Made by a program: the position numbers and the translations under genes. The notes beneath the pieces were generated by a model, which saw only the letters and a program-made list of their open reading frames with translations, ran no database searches and was not told the DNA's origin. DNA of 63,889 nucleotides, filler included, from Octopus bimaculoides (Eukaryota): NCBI RefSeq assembly GCF_001194135.2. It is 4 parts of 4 records of this genome, joined end to end, with 100 filler letters (N's around TTAATTAATTAA, not from the genome) between each part and the next. Parts side by side here need not be neighbours in the genome. Positions count along the whole stretch, not along the records: positions 26,649 to 52,788 come from NC_068982.1; positions 52,889 to 62,429 come from NC_068986.1; positions 62,530 to 63,889 come from NW_026319551.1; 1 more part is not named here. One strand, 5' to 3'. Positions 52,594 to 63,889 of this stretch are shown here, piece by piece (positions within the stretch are counted from its first letter, which is position 1; the number at the start of each line of letters is the position of its first letter).

Positions 52594-54221
52594 TAATGCT
52601 TACAACTATTCAAAAACAGATCTGTATATGTTGTGTTCCGTGTATGCGGCGCGCAGTGTTCCCCTACTATTCAGCTAAGTGAGATTGTGTCCCTTTATAC
52701 CTCTTGAATTTACGATTGACAAATAAACATTGATATTATAAGAAAATACCGAAGAAAACCCTCAAAACCTTGAAAGCAGGCCAGTACCNNNNNNNNNNNN
52801 NNNNNNNNNNNNNNNNNNNNNNNNNNNNNNNNTTAATTAATTAANNNNNNNNNNNNNNNNNNNNNNNNNNNNNNNNNNNNNNNNNNNNTATATATATATA
52901 TACATATACATATATATATATATATATATAGATATACTGGACTACCCGTGACCCGCTGAGTCACCAATAATTGAAAGCACCCGAAAAAAAAGCAAAGCTT
53001 GCAGAAAGAGATGTATCGTATTTACATCAGAAAAATGAAAGAAATGTGGATTAAAATAAATATGAACGCTTACATAGAGGGATCAATAGATAGATAGATA
53101 GAGAAGAAAATGTGAATCCGTTTCTTTTGCCGGTGAACTGAAGAAAATAAACTAATATGAGTGAAAGAAGAACGTTTGTAGAAAGCAATGGATGATGACT
53201 TCAAACGAATGAGAACGCGTGTAGAAAGAAATGTATCGTGTTCACGGCAGAATAAATAAAAGAAGTATGAGTTAAAACATATAAAAATGCTTAGATAGAT
53301 GGATAGATAAATAGATAGATAGACAAACATACAAACATACGAACAGACAGACAGACAGGCAGACAGAAAGATAGAAAGACAGACAAACAAATAGGTAGAT
53401 AAAATGTTGTAAAAAATGAAAACCCTATCTTGAATTCAGGAGCTGTTGCTGTACATAGCGAAGTACTGTTACTGTTACCACCACCTGTGCTGCTTTTATG
53501 GCAGGGTTTGCTAGAAATCGCTGCTAAGTCTTTTGAAGTAAGATACATTGAATGCACTCGAAAGAAAGCTATAGGGAAAAAATACTATTTCACACCGAGT
53601 TTACGTACAGGTCTTGTACGAAATATTTACCATATTTTTCAACTCATATTCACTTTAAAACATGTTGACCATCATAATGTCTAATGGAAAGGTTAGAGCT
53701 TCTAGACTTTCAGCATTGTGATTTTCGGAGTAGTTTCCCATTAAGCACCGTTTGGAATATTTACTCCTCCAAAATCCGAATATTTCAATAACCACTGGTA
53801 TGATATATGCGAATATTACTTTATTCCGTTTGCATTCATAATTCAGAGACACTTTACTTTCAAAGTATTTTGCCATTATGCGACAGTTTGGCTTTGTAAC
53901 ATTGCAAGCAAGCAAACAGGATTCAAGCTAATTTTTAATGTATTATATATATTGAAAATGAAACATATCTAAGAAGAAAGCAGCGAAAGTATACGAAAAC
54001 AAGGACGGTAAAAACGGAGAAATGGTACACACATGCAAATAACAGTACATTAACAACGGTCGACTTTCGAATAAGGACGGATTAAATTATGCTAGCGTGT
54101 GTGGAAGTGAAGCTTTACGGCAGGGACATAAGAAATGATAGGCACAGGGAGGAATATAGCTGTTGCCCGGATAGTAGTGGAAGAAAGAAAGGTCGACATA
54201 TGACGTGGATTTACATATATA

Positions 54222-54322
54222 CTGGAGCCTGGTGTTGCCATCCGGTTTCACCAGTCCTCAGTCAAATCGTCCAACCCATGCTAGCATGGAAAGCGGACGT
54301 TAAACGATGATGATGATGATGA

Positions 54323-54324
<2 letters not shown>
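54222..54324 (+). mobile_element. Probable RTE-type LINE/SINE 3' end with (GAT)n tail
   Basis: gtcaaatcgtccaacccatgctagcatggaaagcggacgttaaacgatgatgat; the family assignment is from recall. Confidence 0.5.
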
Positions 54325-54358
<34 letters not shown>

Positions 54359-54452
54359 TTATATTTAACTACATTCTTTCTTTTATCCTATTTCCCCATA
54401 CTTCCTTAAGTGACTGGATAGCGGCAACGCTGAGTTCAATTCCAAGCAGTGA

Positions 54453-54529
<77 letters not shown>

Positions 54530-54576
54530 TCGAAAAATACCTTCGGAATGAGGACTCAGGTTCCAAATTTCCCCAA

Positions 54577-54622
54577 GACATCTGATGAAGGCTGGAGGAT
54601 ATATCAGCCAAAACGTTGTGTT
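54577..54622 (+). ncRNA. Minimal type I hammerhead motif with a G12A substitution, inside a PLE-end-like repeat (~54528-54715)
   Basis: gacat CTGATGA a ggctg gaggatatat cagcc AAAA c GTT gtgtt. Confidence 0.65.
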
Positions 54623-55748
54623 AACAAACAAGATGACGACAAAGATCCGTCAAATGTAAATAATGTAAATAACGTAAATAATTTATCATCTCTTATATAT
54701 AGAACTGTATTAAAATGATTATTAGTTGAATTCCGGGAGCAATGTAAACGACGACTTAGCCCCTTCGCTTAAATCGCTGACCTTGCGTCAAAATATGAAA
54801 CCAATACCGAAAACTTTTCATAAAGAAATAGACAATCTATTATGCTAATCAATTTCAATCTTATTGGTTTCCCCAAGAAACATATGCAAATTCAATGCAT
54901 GCTTATTTCCAATTGTTTCGTTTGATGTATTGAGAGTGTTTTTTTTTCTTTCTCCTGGAGTATGTAGGGAATGTGCTATTGTGATTTAGTTATATACATT
55001 TATTAAAACGTTTTAGAAGCAGATGATTTTAACACATAAATCTTTTAAGATCTGAAAATGTTGAAATCTCAATGGTCTACTTTGATATGTGTACAAATAA
55101 ATCATGTTGTTCTCACCATGGATAGACGTTTAAATGTGCAATTATTTCATTAATATTCTCTCAAGACATTGTGAACTATTGTGCCATTAAAATTAGTGTG
55201 TCACTAAGACAAAGCGTTTTATATATTACAAGTTTCACCATATTGTTAGTGTGTGTGTGTGTGTGCGGGAGGTGTGTGTGCAGGTGTAATAGAAACAGAA
55301 AAAAAAACAGAACAGAACACAACACAACATAAGTATTCTAGAACTATCGATACAATTTACAAACTGTATAACAAAAGAAATATGTATGTATATCACAAAA
55401 TTCAGTAAATATCTATGTATATCTAATTCTAGCTATCTCTATATCTATCTACCTGTGTCTGTGTCTGCGTCTCTGTCTCCGTCTCTCTCTTTCGCTAACA
55501 CACACAACACCCTTGATTCCCCACTCTCGCCTCCACCATATCCCAATACCACCATACCATACACCACACACCACACACCACCATAACACACCACACCACA
55601 TGACATCACACCACCTCACACACACTAGCACTGACCACTTTCCAGCACCCACACCATCATCTACATACCTACACTTGCACTCACGCACACGTGAAGGTCA
55701 CCAGCCCTCTTCCACATGCACATAATGCTTTCTTATACACGCACATTT

Positions 55749-55795
<47 letters not shown>

Positions 55796-56425
55796 NNNNN
55801 NNNNNNNNNNNNNNNNNNNNNNNNNNNNNNNNNNNNNNNNNNNNNNNNNNNNNNNNNNNNNNNNNNNNNNNNNNNNNNNNNNNNNNNNNNNNNNNNNNNN
55901 NNNNNNNNNNNNNNNNNNNNNNNNNNNNNNNNNNNNNNNNNNNNNNNNNNNNNNNNNNNNNNNNNNNNNNNNNNNNNNNNNNNNNNNNNNNNNNNNNNNN
56001 NNNNNNNNNNNNNNNNNNNNNNNNNNNNNNNNNNNNNNNNNNNNNNNNNNNNNNNNNNNNNNNNNNNNNNNNNNNNNNNNNNNNNATATATATATATATG
56101 TATAAAATTTGGTATAGTATAAACATTTCAGATATATTTGCTAAACGTTCAGACAAGCAAATTTGTAATTCAGATGTATGACGTGAGTTATTATTCCATT
56201 CAAATAACTACATATTTATATTAAAAGATAGATGATAAAAATATAGAAATATAAGAATATAAACATGAGAATTATAAGGAGTACCATGAAAGTAGAAAAT
56301 ATAGTTAAACTATCTTAAATTTTCATTTCATAACATATTTTATTAATTTTTAGGTCATACACGAGTGAAAAAACAGTTGTATTATATTCTGGAGCTATAC
56401 TGCCATTAACATATTTATATATATA

Positions 56426-56887
56426 TAGGAGATGTCATCAAAATATTTCCGTACTAGTCATGTTAAATAACAACTAACTTATCTAGCTAATTTTTAATAT
56501 CGTCTTCTTTGAAACAGTCATCTTGCGCAGCAGTACACCGGACTCATGTTTCCTGCCTCATTTGGAATCCTACCTAGTAGTTGTTTTCCATAAGGGATTC
56601 GAAGAACTCCTGAAACTCGCTCTAGATCTCGACAACTGTGTTATAACGGTGAATTGTGAGCTGCATCTTCATCTTGATGGAAGAGATGGAAGTCCGCAGA
56701 TACTAAATCTGGTGAATATTGGTTGGGGTGCAGAAGAGATACCATGTCGTTTTTGGCGAGAATCTCGCGAGTGACGAGACCTCAGTGACAAGGTGCAATG
56801 TGGTCGTGAAGAATCTAAAACTTAGCGCTCAACAGATCCGGTTGCTTTCGCCGAATGTCCTGCCTCAAAACTTTCACATCGTTGCAG
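56426..56887 (-). mobile_element. Mariner (Tc1/mariner) transposon remnant: transposase C-terminus plus right TIR
   Basis: Minus frames read RQDIRRKQPDLL...ILHDHIAPCH...LLHPNQYSPDLVSADFHLF and KMKMQL...VRCTAAQDDCFKEDD, with stops and a frameshift; TIR-like taggagatgtcatcaaaatatttccgtact at ~56426-56455 next to a TA run. Confidence 0.85.
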
Positions 56888-57749
56888 NNNNNNNNNNNNN
56901 NNNNNNNNNNNNNNNNNNNNNNNNNNNNNNNNNNNNNNNNNNNNNNNNNNNNNNNNNNNNNNNNNNNNNNNNNNNNNNNNNNNNNNNNNNNNNNNNNNNN
57001 NNNNNNNNNNNNNNNNNNNNNNNNNNNNNNNNNNNNNNNNNNNNNNNNNNNNNNNNNNNNNNNNNNNNNNNNNNNNNNNNNNNNNNNNNNNNNNNNNNNN
57101 NNNNNNNNNNNNNNNNNNNNNNNNNNNNNNNNNNNNNNNNNNNNNNNNNNNNNNNNNNNNNNNNNNNNNNNNNNNNNNNNNNNNNNNNNNNNNNNNNNNN
57201 NNNNNNNNNNNNNNNNNNNNNNNNNNNNNNNNNNNNNNNNNNNNNNNNNNNNNNNNNNNNNNNNNNNNNNNNNNNNNNNNNNNNNNNNNNNNNNNNNNNN
57301 NNNNNNNNNNNNNNNNNNNNNNNNNNNNNNNNNNNNNNNNNNNNNNNNNNNNNNNNNNNNNNNNNNNNNNNNNNNNNNNNNNNNNNNNNNNNNNNNNNNN
57401 NNNNNNNNNNNNNNNNNNNNNNNNNNNNNNNNNNNNNNNNNNNNNNNNNNNNNNNNNNNNNNNNNNNNNNNNNNNNNNNNNGTATATATATATATACATG
57501 AATGTGTGTGTGTAAAATTTTATCTGCATGCATAAATATACAACTTCACATGCATAAAGACGCACAGACACACACAAACACAGACACAAACGCACACACA
57601 CACACACACACACACTCACACACAAGCACAAACACACTCTCACACACACACAAATACACACACACATACACACACACTCACACACACCCACACAGAGACA
57701 CACAGAGACACACACACACAGAGACACACACACACGAAGCATAATGGCA

Positions 57750-58730
57750 AAACATGATGACTTGACGTGCAAGTTTGGCGGCTGAAAGCTGTCAGTAATA
57801 CTCTATTTGAAATAATCTTATCGTGATACCAGCAACGGTTTCATGTGATAAGTTGAGGAATAAGATACTTATAGACTTGTTGCCTGCCAAATCGTCCAGT
57901 CTTCCATTGGCTTTTTACCTTTTAAAGGGGGAAGATATTGCAGAAAGGAAAAAAGCAGCAACTATATTCTCTTGAATTTTAGGAGGCCTTAGTTTCCATC
58001 AAGAAACCAGCGGCGTGTCGACGAAATGTGGACAACTAATATCTGAGGTCTCCAATATGTTTTGAAACGAAAGCAAACGTTGGGAACCAGACTCACTGGG
58101 ATTGGCTGGATAAATTTACTTAGAAATTTCATGTTTTGAATATGTTGAGATTCTAGGTACCCACTTATGCTCAGGACTTTGGTCTCATTAAGATCATGAT
58201 GTTCATGCCTGTAAAATTTAAGAGGTGGGACACCAAGTTCATTTGAATATAACAGAAATTACCTAGTGAACTAAGTCCCTTCACAGTTTACCGACAGCAT
58301 GATATATTGTAAATGCACATCAGCAGGCTAAAGTAGTACTTACTATGTTCTTCTATTAGTGGGATGGTGGGATGGGATACCGGGAGTTCAGTGACCTAAG
58401 AGTGGACGGATTTGGGGAGCGCACGATTCTGCGGATAATGTGGATTCGAAACTAATGCACAGGGTGGAGCTATGGGTAACACAATATCACGAGAATCAGC
58501 TGGTTCATGTAGTGGCAGGACACCGTAATAGAACAGCACAATGGAAAAGCGAGATGCTATTGCTCCAAATCAAACATGAGCGTTGATCGAGGATAAATAA
58601 GTCGAATGGCGTGATAGATTCTGCAGGATAAATCTAACCTAAGGAATGATTGTGAGATTTTACAGGGAAATTCATTTGTTTGTAAGAAGTGGCAATGAAT
58701 TGGTATCTTGGACCTTTGGGGAGTCGTCTT
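57750..58730 (-). mobile_element. Heavily decayed CR1/L2-like LINE 3' region
   Basis: Higher-GC island; minus strand shows a TPQRS (PQGS-like) remnant near 58725 and ggtatcacgataagattatt similar to the 3' end of the 9640-11470 element. Confidence 0.4.
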
Positions 58731-58768
58731 ACACTTTATACTTAGCTGTTGTCAAAAAGTCTATATAT

Positions 58769-59157
58769 AGGCAGTAGCATGGCTGCATGCTACGAAGTTT
58801 GGTTTCTAACTCCATGATTCCTGTTTCAATGTGTGGGACATTGGGCGGGTGACTTCTATTATAGCTTCGAGCGGAGTTAAGCCTTCGATTTGGTAGACGG
58901 AAACTGTAACAAGTCTGTCGTATATATATACATGTATATGTGTGCGTGTGTGTTCGTCTATCTGTCTGTATGTGTGTGTATGCGTACGTGTGTGTGAGTG
59001 ATGGTGTGTTTACGTCACCATAATTTAACTGTTCAGCAAAAGTGATCGATACAATCACTAGGGTCGATCTGTTCGACTACAATTCTTTAAAGCGGTGCTC
59101 CAGTATGGTCGTGATCTAATAAGTGAAGCAAGTAAGATAATACCAGAATAAAAGAGA
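58769..59157 (+). mobile_element. SINE family B, diverged
   Basis: gatttggtagacggaaactg body, internal TG repeat, agggtcgatctgttcgact, gcggtgctccagtatgg. Confidence 0.75.
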
Positions 59158-60961
59158 TGACAGAGCTAAAACAATGACAATTTCGTAAAGACCACAGTGA
59201 GTCCCGTCTTCATATACTGCCTTCACCAAACCTGGCAAAACCCTAAGAACATGTCCTAAACATTGCTGGTAATGCACAAGGCTGAGAGGTGGCGCGTGGG
59301 AAAGGAGTCCGTGGTTTTAGAAAATGTCGCAACAAAAGATTCTCTACAGATGTCAGAAGCTTCCATGTCTTTTCTGTAATCTGAAAAGATGTAAAGATGT
59401 CATTAAGGAGAATATATAGAGAACTATTAAAAATATGTGGAAACGATGGAAGGATGGCAAAATTATAAGTGATGAATAAAGTGGTGTGGTACTGCTCCCA
59501 GGATTTCATACCACAGATGGAGTGGGTAAATCGGGGTTGTCACAATGTGAAGAGAATAGAAACCACGGGTTGACCTGTGTAACATGCAAAAAACTGATGC
59601 ATACAACATGAGTGTGCGTATATATGAAATATAAATTTATATATATATATATGTATGTATGTATGTACGTATGTGTGTATGTATGTATGTATTTATGAGC
59701 ATGTGGTGTGTGTGTATACGTGTGTTGATGCTTGTGCTTGTACGTGGTTGTGTATCTGTACATATATATGTAGGTATGTAATGTATAAATATATCCACAT
59801 ATGTCTGTACGTTTTCTGTATTTGTGCGCATGGATAATGGTATATATTCTAAAAAAAAAAAATTGTGATGAATTTCATTGATTTTAAAATTTAATTGTAA
59901 ACCTAAATAGAATGTTAAGCAGTTTTATTACTTTAATACTTTTGGATATGATGAAGTAACTGAGCAAAAGCGAGAGAATTAAATTTAATTCGTATGTACA
60001 TAATTATATAAATATACAGATAGACGTATACACGCGGAAAACACTCTGTGAGGCTTTATGTGAATGTATGCAAAAAAATGTGTGTATATATAAATTTGAG
60101 CGTAATTCATATGTATGTCATCAGAAAAGCGTGTGTATTTAAATGTATCAATGTAAAAATTATATCGGAGGAGTATGTAAGAATCAGCATTACGGGAAAA
60201 TTTGCATATATTTTTGCTCACAGGTAACATAATTATTTGGAATTTAACATATGTTCTTCCTGTGCATATTAATCGTCTCATTTGAATTGATTTCTAGCTC
60301 TTGTGGGTAATAATTTGGTTTAGCGTTTAAATGTTTTCCTGTTCTTCCTCTTTTCGGTTTTTTTAATAATAATAATAATAATAACAATAATAATAATAAT
60401 GATAATAACAGATCTGAACACATAAAACAATAACTGCAGAAAGATATTCATCGCAGGTATGCATCTCAGCATTTAAATATATATATATATTTGTGTGTGA
60501 GTTTGTGTACATATATATATATATATATATATANNNNNNNNNNNNNNNNNNNNNNNNNNNNNNNNNNNNNNNNNNNNNNNNNNNNNNNNNNNNNNNNNNN
60601 NNNNNNNNNNNNNNNNNNNNNNNNNNNNNNNNNNNNNNNNNNNNNNNNNNNNNNNNNNNNNNNNNNNNNNNNNNNNNNNNNNNNNNNNNNNNNNNNNNNN
60701 NNNNNNNNNNNNNNNNNNNNNNNNNNNNNNNNNNNNNNNNNNNNNNNNNNNNNNNNNNNNNNNNNNNNNNNNNNNNNNNNNNNNNNNNNNNNNNNNNNNN
60801 NNNNNNNNNNNNNNNNNNNNNNNNNNNNNNNNNNNNNNNNNNNNNNNNNNNNNNNNNNNNNNNNNNNNNNNNNNNNNNNNNNNNNNNNNNNNNNNNNNNN
60901 NNNNNNNNNNNNNNNNNNNNNNNNNNNNNNNNNNNNNNNNNNNNNNNNNNNNNNNNNNNNN

Positions 60962-61008
<47 letters not shown>

Positions 61009-62119
61009 GTATAAATCAATACCTACTTATGTATGTGTGTCTGTGTGTGTATACATGTATATGTATGTGTGTAGATATAATGTAAATCTATATGGCTTGA
61101 ATAATATCTGTGTGTGTGTGTGTGTACATGTATATATGTACATATGTGTATGTATATGTATAGACTTGCAAATGTAACTTCCACATCAATACATCAAAAT
61201 TTATAATCTTGTTATCCCAACATTAATTTTGTTTTAAATAATCTATTATATCTTTTATGATCAGTTTCTTGAATTACAACGCTATGTGATGGTATTTTTC
61301 GAGCTTACCATATTGTTTATTAAATGAAAACATTCCTGCATTACACGCACGCACACGCACACACACACACACACACATACGCAGTGGCACGGATGCTCGC
61401 ATGTACGAGGGGAAGATAATAATAAATTCCTTTCCAAATCCTAATATTTGACATAATTACTTCTGCAATAAAATGGCACCGAATTAAAGCGATGTGGTGT
61501 AACGTGACATTTTCGTAGACCAAACCACAGAACAAAATAATTTCCAGCAATTTATAGATACTAGCAACAAAGGAGAAATATTCACGTTATTCTATAACAC
61601 TCGTAAAACAGACAATATTTTATGGAATACATAAAGTTTGCCACGTGAATTGCAAAACAACCAGAAATGCAGGAAACAGAAGAGTAACGCCAACATGGAT
61701 AAACCCATCTGAGAACAAAGCCTCTGCGACTAATTCTATGAGTAATGTATAGAAATGGAGGGAGTGAATCCATAGCAAATACATTTGTTTTCGTCATAAA
61801 ACGGTAAGAACCAGGCTGTGTAAATGATAATAATATTTTGCTAATGGAGCTTTAGAAACGATTTGGTAGGAAATATTTATGTTGTGTAAGTGGTGTGAAG
61901 AGCGTTTCTCTTGTATCTGTGCTTAATCAAGTCAATAATGTCGGTGTATATATTTAATTGTCCACATGATGGATTCAATTTAGCCTGATATAACATTGCA
62001 TTGTTTTCTAAAGCGCGGACGTAATTTCGTAATTTCATCTTTTCGTAAGCTAGAAACACTTGTACGTGGAAAAGCACACAAGACAAACAGCTGTGTATGC
62101 GCACAGGCATACGCATGCA

Positions 62120-62157
<38 letters not shown>

Positions 62158-62358
62158 CACGTATTCATAGGCATATATAAATATACATTCCTGTACCTAC
62201 ATGCATCCTATATACACGCATACAAACACACACGTATACATATATATATGTATCTATATATATATATACATATGTACATACATATATACATATGTACATG
62301 TATACATATGCATATATATATATACGTATATGTATATATATGTATATATATATGTATA

Positions 62359-62429
<71 letters not shown>

Positions 62430-62789
62430 NNNNNNNNNNNNNNNNNNNNNNNNNNNNNNNNNNNNNNNNNNNNTTAATTAATTAANNNNNNNNNNNNNNN
62501 NNNNNNNNNNNNNNNNNNNNNNNNNNNNNGGGATGTTTGGCCTCATGACTGGCACAAACTGATTAGATTTGGGGATCGAGCTGGTGCCGGATGAGGATTC
62601 TGGATTATTTTTCCTGTTTTTTTACTTAAATTGTTGAGAGAGAGGTTCATTTTTAGTATTCTCGTTTGTGAGAGCAGTCGAGTTTATTTCAGATATTCTC
62701 ATTTAAAAAATTATCTCTGGCTAATCATTGAGAGGTCATTGGTGTTATCTTTGTGGAGGTTTGTGCCCTCTGAGTGCTCTTGTTATTAT

Positions 62790-63025
62790 TAAGGCCGCAA
62801 GCTGGCAGAAGCGTTAACACACCAGGCGAAATGCTCAGCGGTATTTCGTCTGCCGTTAGGTTCTGAGTTCAAATTCTGCCGAGGTCAACTTTGCCTTTCA
62901 TCCTTTCGGGGTCGATAAATTAAATACCAGTTACACACTGGGGTCGATGTAATCAACTTAATCCCTTTGTCTGTCCTTGTTTGTCCCCTCTGTGTTTAGC
63001 CCCTTGTGGACAATAAAAAAATAAG
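62790..63025 (+). mobile_element. SINE family A, full length, long-tail variant
   Basis: Best-preserved copy: head, gagttcaaattc B-box-like motif, body, tail taatccctttgtctgtccttgtttgtcccctctgtgtttagccccttgtgg. Confidence 0.9.
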
Positions 63026-63034
63026 AATCTTTGG

Positions 63035-63223
63035 TGTGTCGCACAAAATGTTTTAGTAGCATTTCTCCTGACTATTTACTTTCTCAGTTCAAATTCTGCC
63101 TTGGTCAACTTTGCCTTTTATATTTTGGGGGTTGATGAAATAAGTACCGATTGAGAACTGGGGTCGATGTAATTGACTTGCCCCCTCCCACAAAATTACT
63201 GGCCTTGTGCCAAAATTTGAAAC
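63035..63223 (+). mobile_element. SINE family A, short-tail variant
   Basis: cagttcaaattctgccttggtcaactttgcc...ggccttgtgccaaaatttgaaac. Confidence 0.8.
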
Positions 63224-63260
63224 TTTCATTATTATTTTTAATATTATTATTATTATTATT

Positions 63261-63428
63261 CAGTAGTTTTATTTTTATAACGTGCTTTCACTTCACTACC
63301 GAGCGCAGCTCTGTGCGCCTTGGGTATGTGCTGTGGTTTGCTGTGGTGCTCTTATGTTTACTGTATTGAAAGTGTTTTGCGTAGAATGTGTGCAGTACCC
63401 AGTAGTGCAATTTTCTGTATGTTATATA
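63261..63428 (-). mobile_element. R4/Dong-like LINE extreme 3' end embedded in (TAA)n
   Basis: Minus strand reads IYNIQKIALLGTAHILRKTLSIQ*, then a 3' UTR and an (AAT)n tail; (TTA)n on both flanks. Confidence 0.75.
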
Positions 63429-63447
63429 TATTATTATTATTATTATT

Positions 63448-63889
63448 ATGGAGTGAGAAAGCAGTGCATGCCATCAAAGTTCAACGAAGCCCAGTATACC
63501 CACCATGACTACCCGTCTGATAAGGGTACACCAGGCACATGCATCACAACCATATGTGCTTGACATGGTGATCAAGATAAACAGCGCATAACCTTGCAGG
63601 TGGGGCCCAGTTAGAATTTTCTTCAGGTCGAGTAGCCCATCCCATTCAAAAGGTCCCTGCATAAAGTTTAAGGATGTTTAACAAAACACCGATGTTTCCA
63701 GAGGTGAATTATTCAAACCGCAAAGAATTCCTCTCAACACATGGCTATATCGTCAATCACCAAGGGACATGCTCAACTGGTTAAGGTCAAGCAACTGACA
63801 AGCAAATCTGTGTTATAGAGCAGAATATTTGCTGTAGCTCATCTTTTACACCAAAACAAAACATGTACATGATAACACTTCCAATCAGT
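63448..63889. repeat. Probable interspersed repeat of unknown class
   Basis: GC-richer island resembling an octopus repeat I recall; no second copy in this window, so not independently supported. Confidence 0.35.

Noticed and set aside
3253-62485. Most long ORFs in the supplied track (poly-YI, CV, HT, LS, N, and X-filled)
   Set aside because: They are translations of microsatellites or N gaps, which lack stop codons
1-63889. CRISPR arrays, rRNA, prokaryotic operons
   Set aside because: No regularly spaced repeat-spacer units, rRNA-like sequence or dense coding; the DNA is typical repeat-rich animal genome

Overview
AT-rich, microsatellite-saturated, gappy eukaryotic genomic DNA. The repeat families resemble those I recall from coleoid cephalopods, most likely Octopus; this is from memory, not a database search. 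I found no confidently identifiable host gene, rRNA, tRNA or CRISPR array, and nearly all ORFs in the supplied track are microsatellite or N-gap artefacts. The window is a mosaic of two tRNA-headed SINE families (called A and B here, more than 25 copies or fragments) plus decayed CR1/L2-like, R4/Dong-like and RTE-like LINE pieces, a mariner transposase remnant and Penelope-like element (PLE) fragments. The strongest hidden signal is RNA structure: hammerhead ribozyme (HHR) motifs from four apparently unrelated repeat families. (1) A core-intact type I HHR at 26098-25995 (-) sits next to a PLE GIY-YIG remnant; its 61-nt loop II carries a 9-nt strand complementary to its own catalytic core, a possible on/off switch. 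(2) A core-intact HHR at 6818-6768 (-) lies inside a ~120-bp inverted repeat. (3,4) Four mutated minimal HHRs occur elsewhere. A few splice-flanked open segments may be exons of a long-intron gene, but they remain low confidence. SINE/LINE boundaries are approximate (about +/-10-20 bp).
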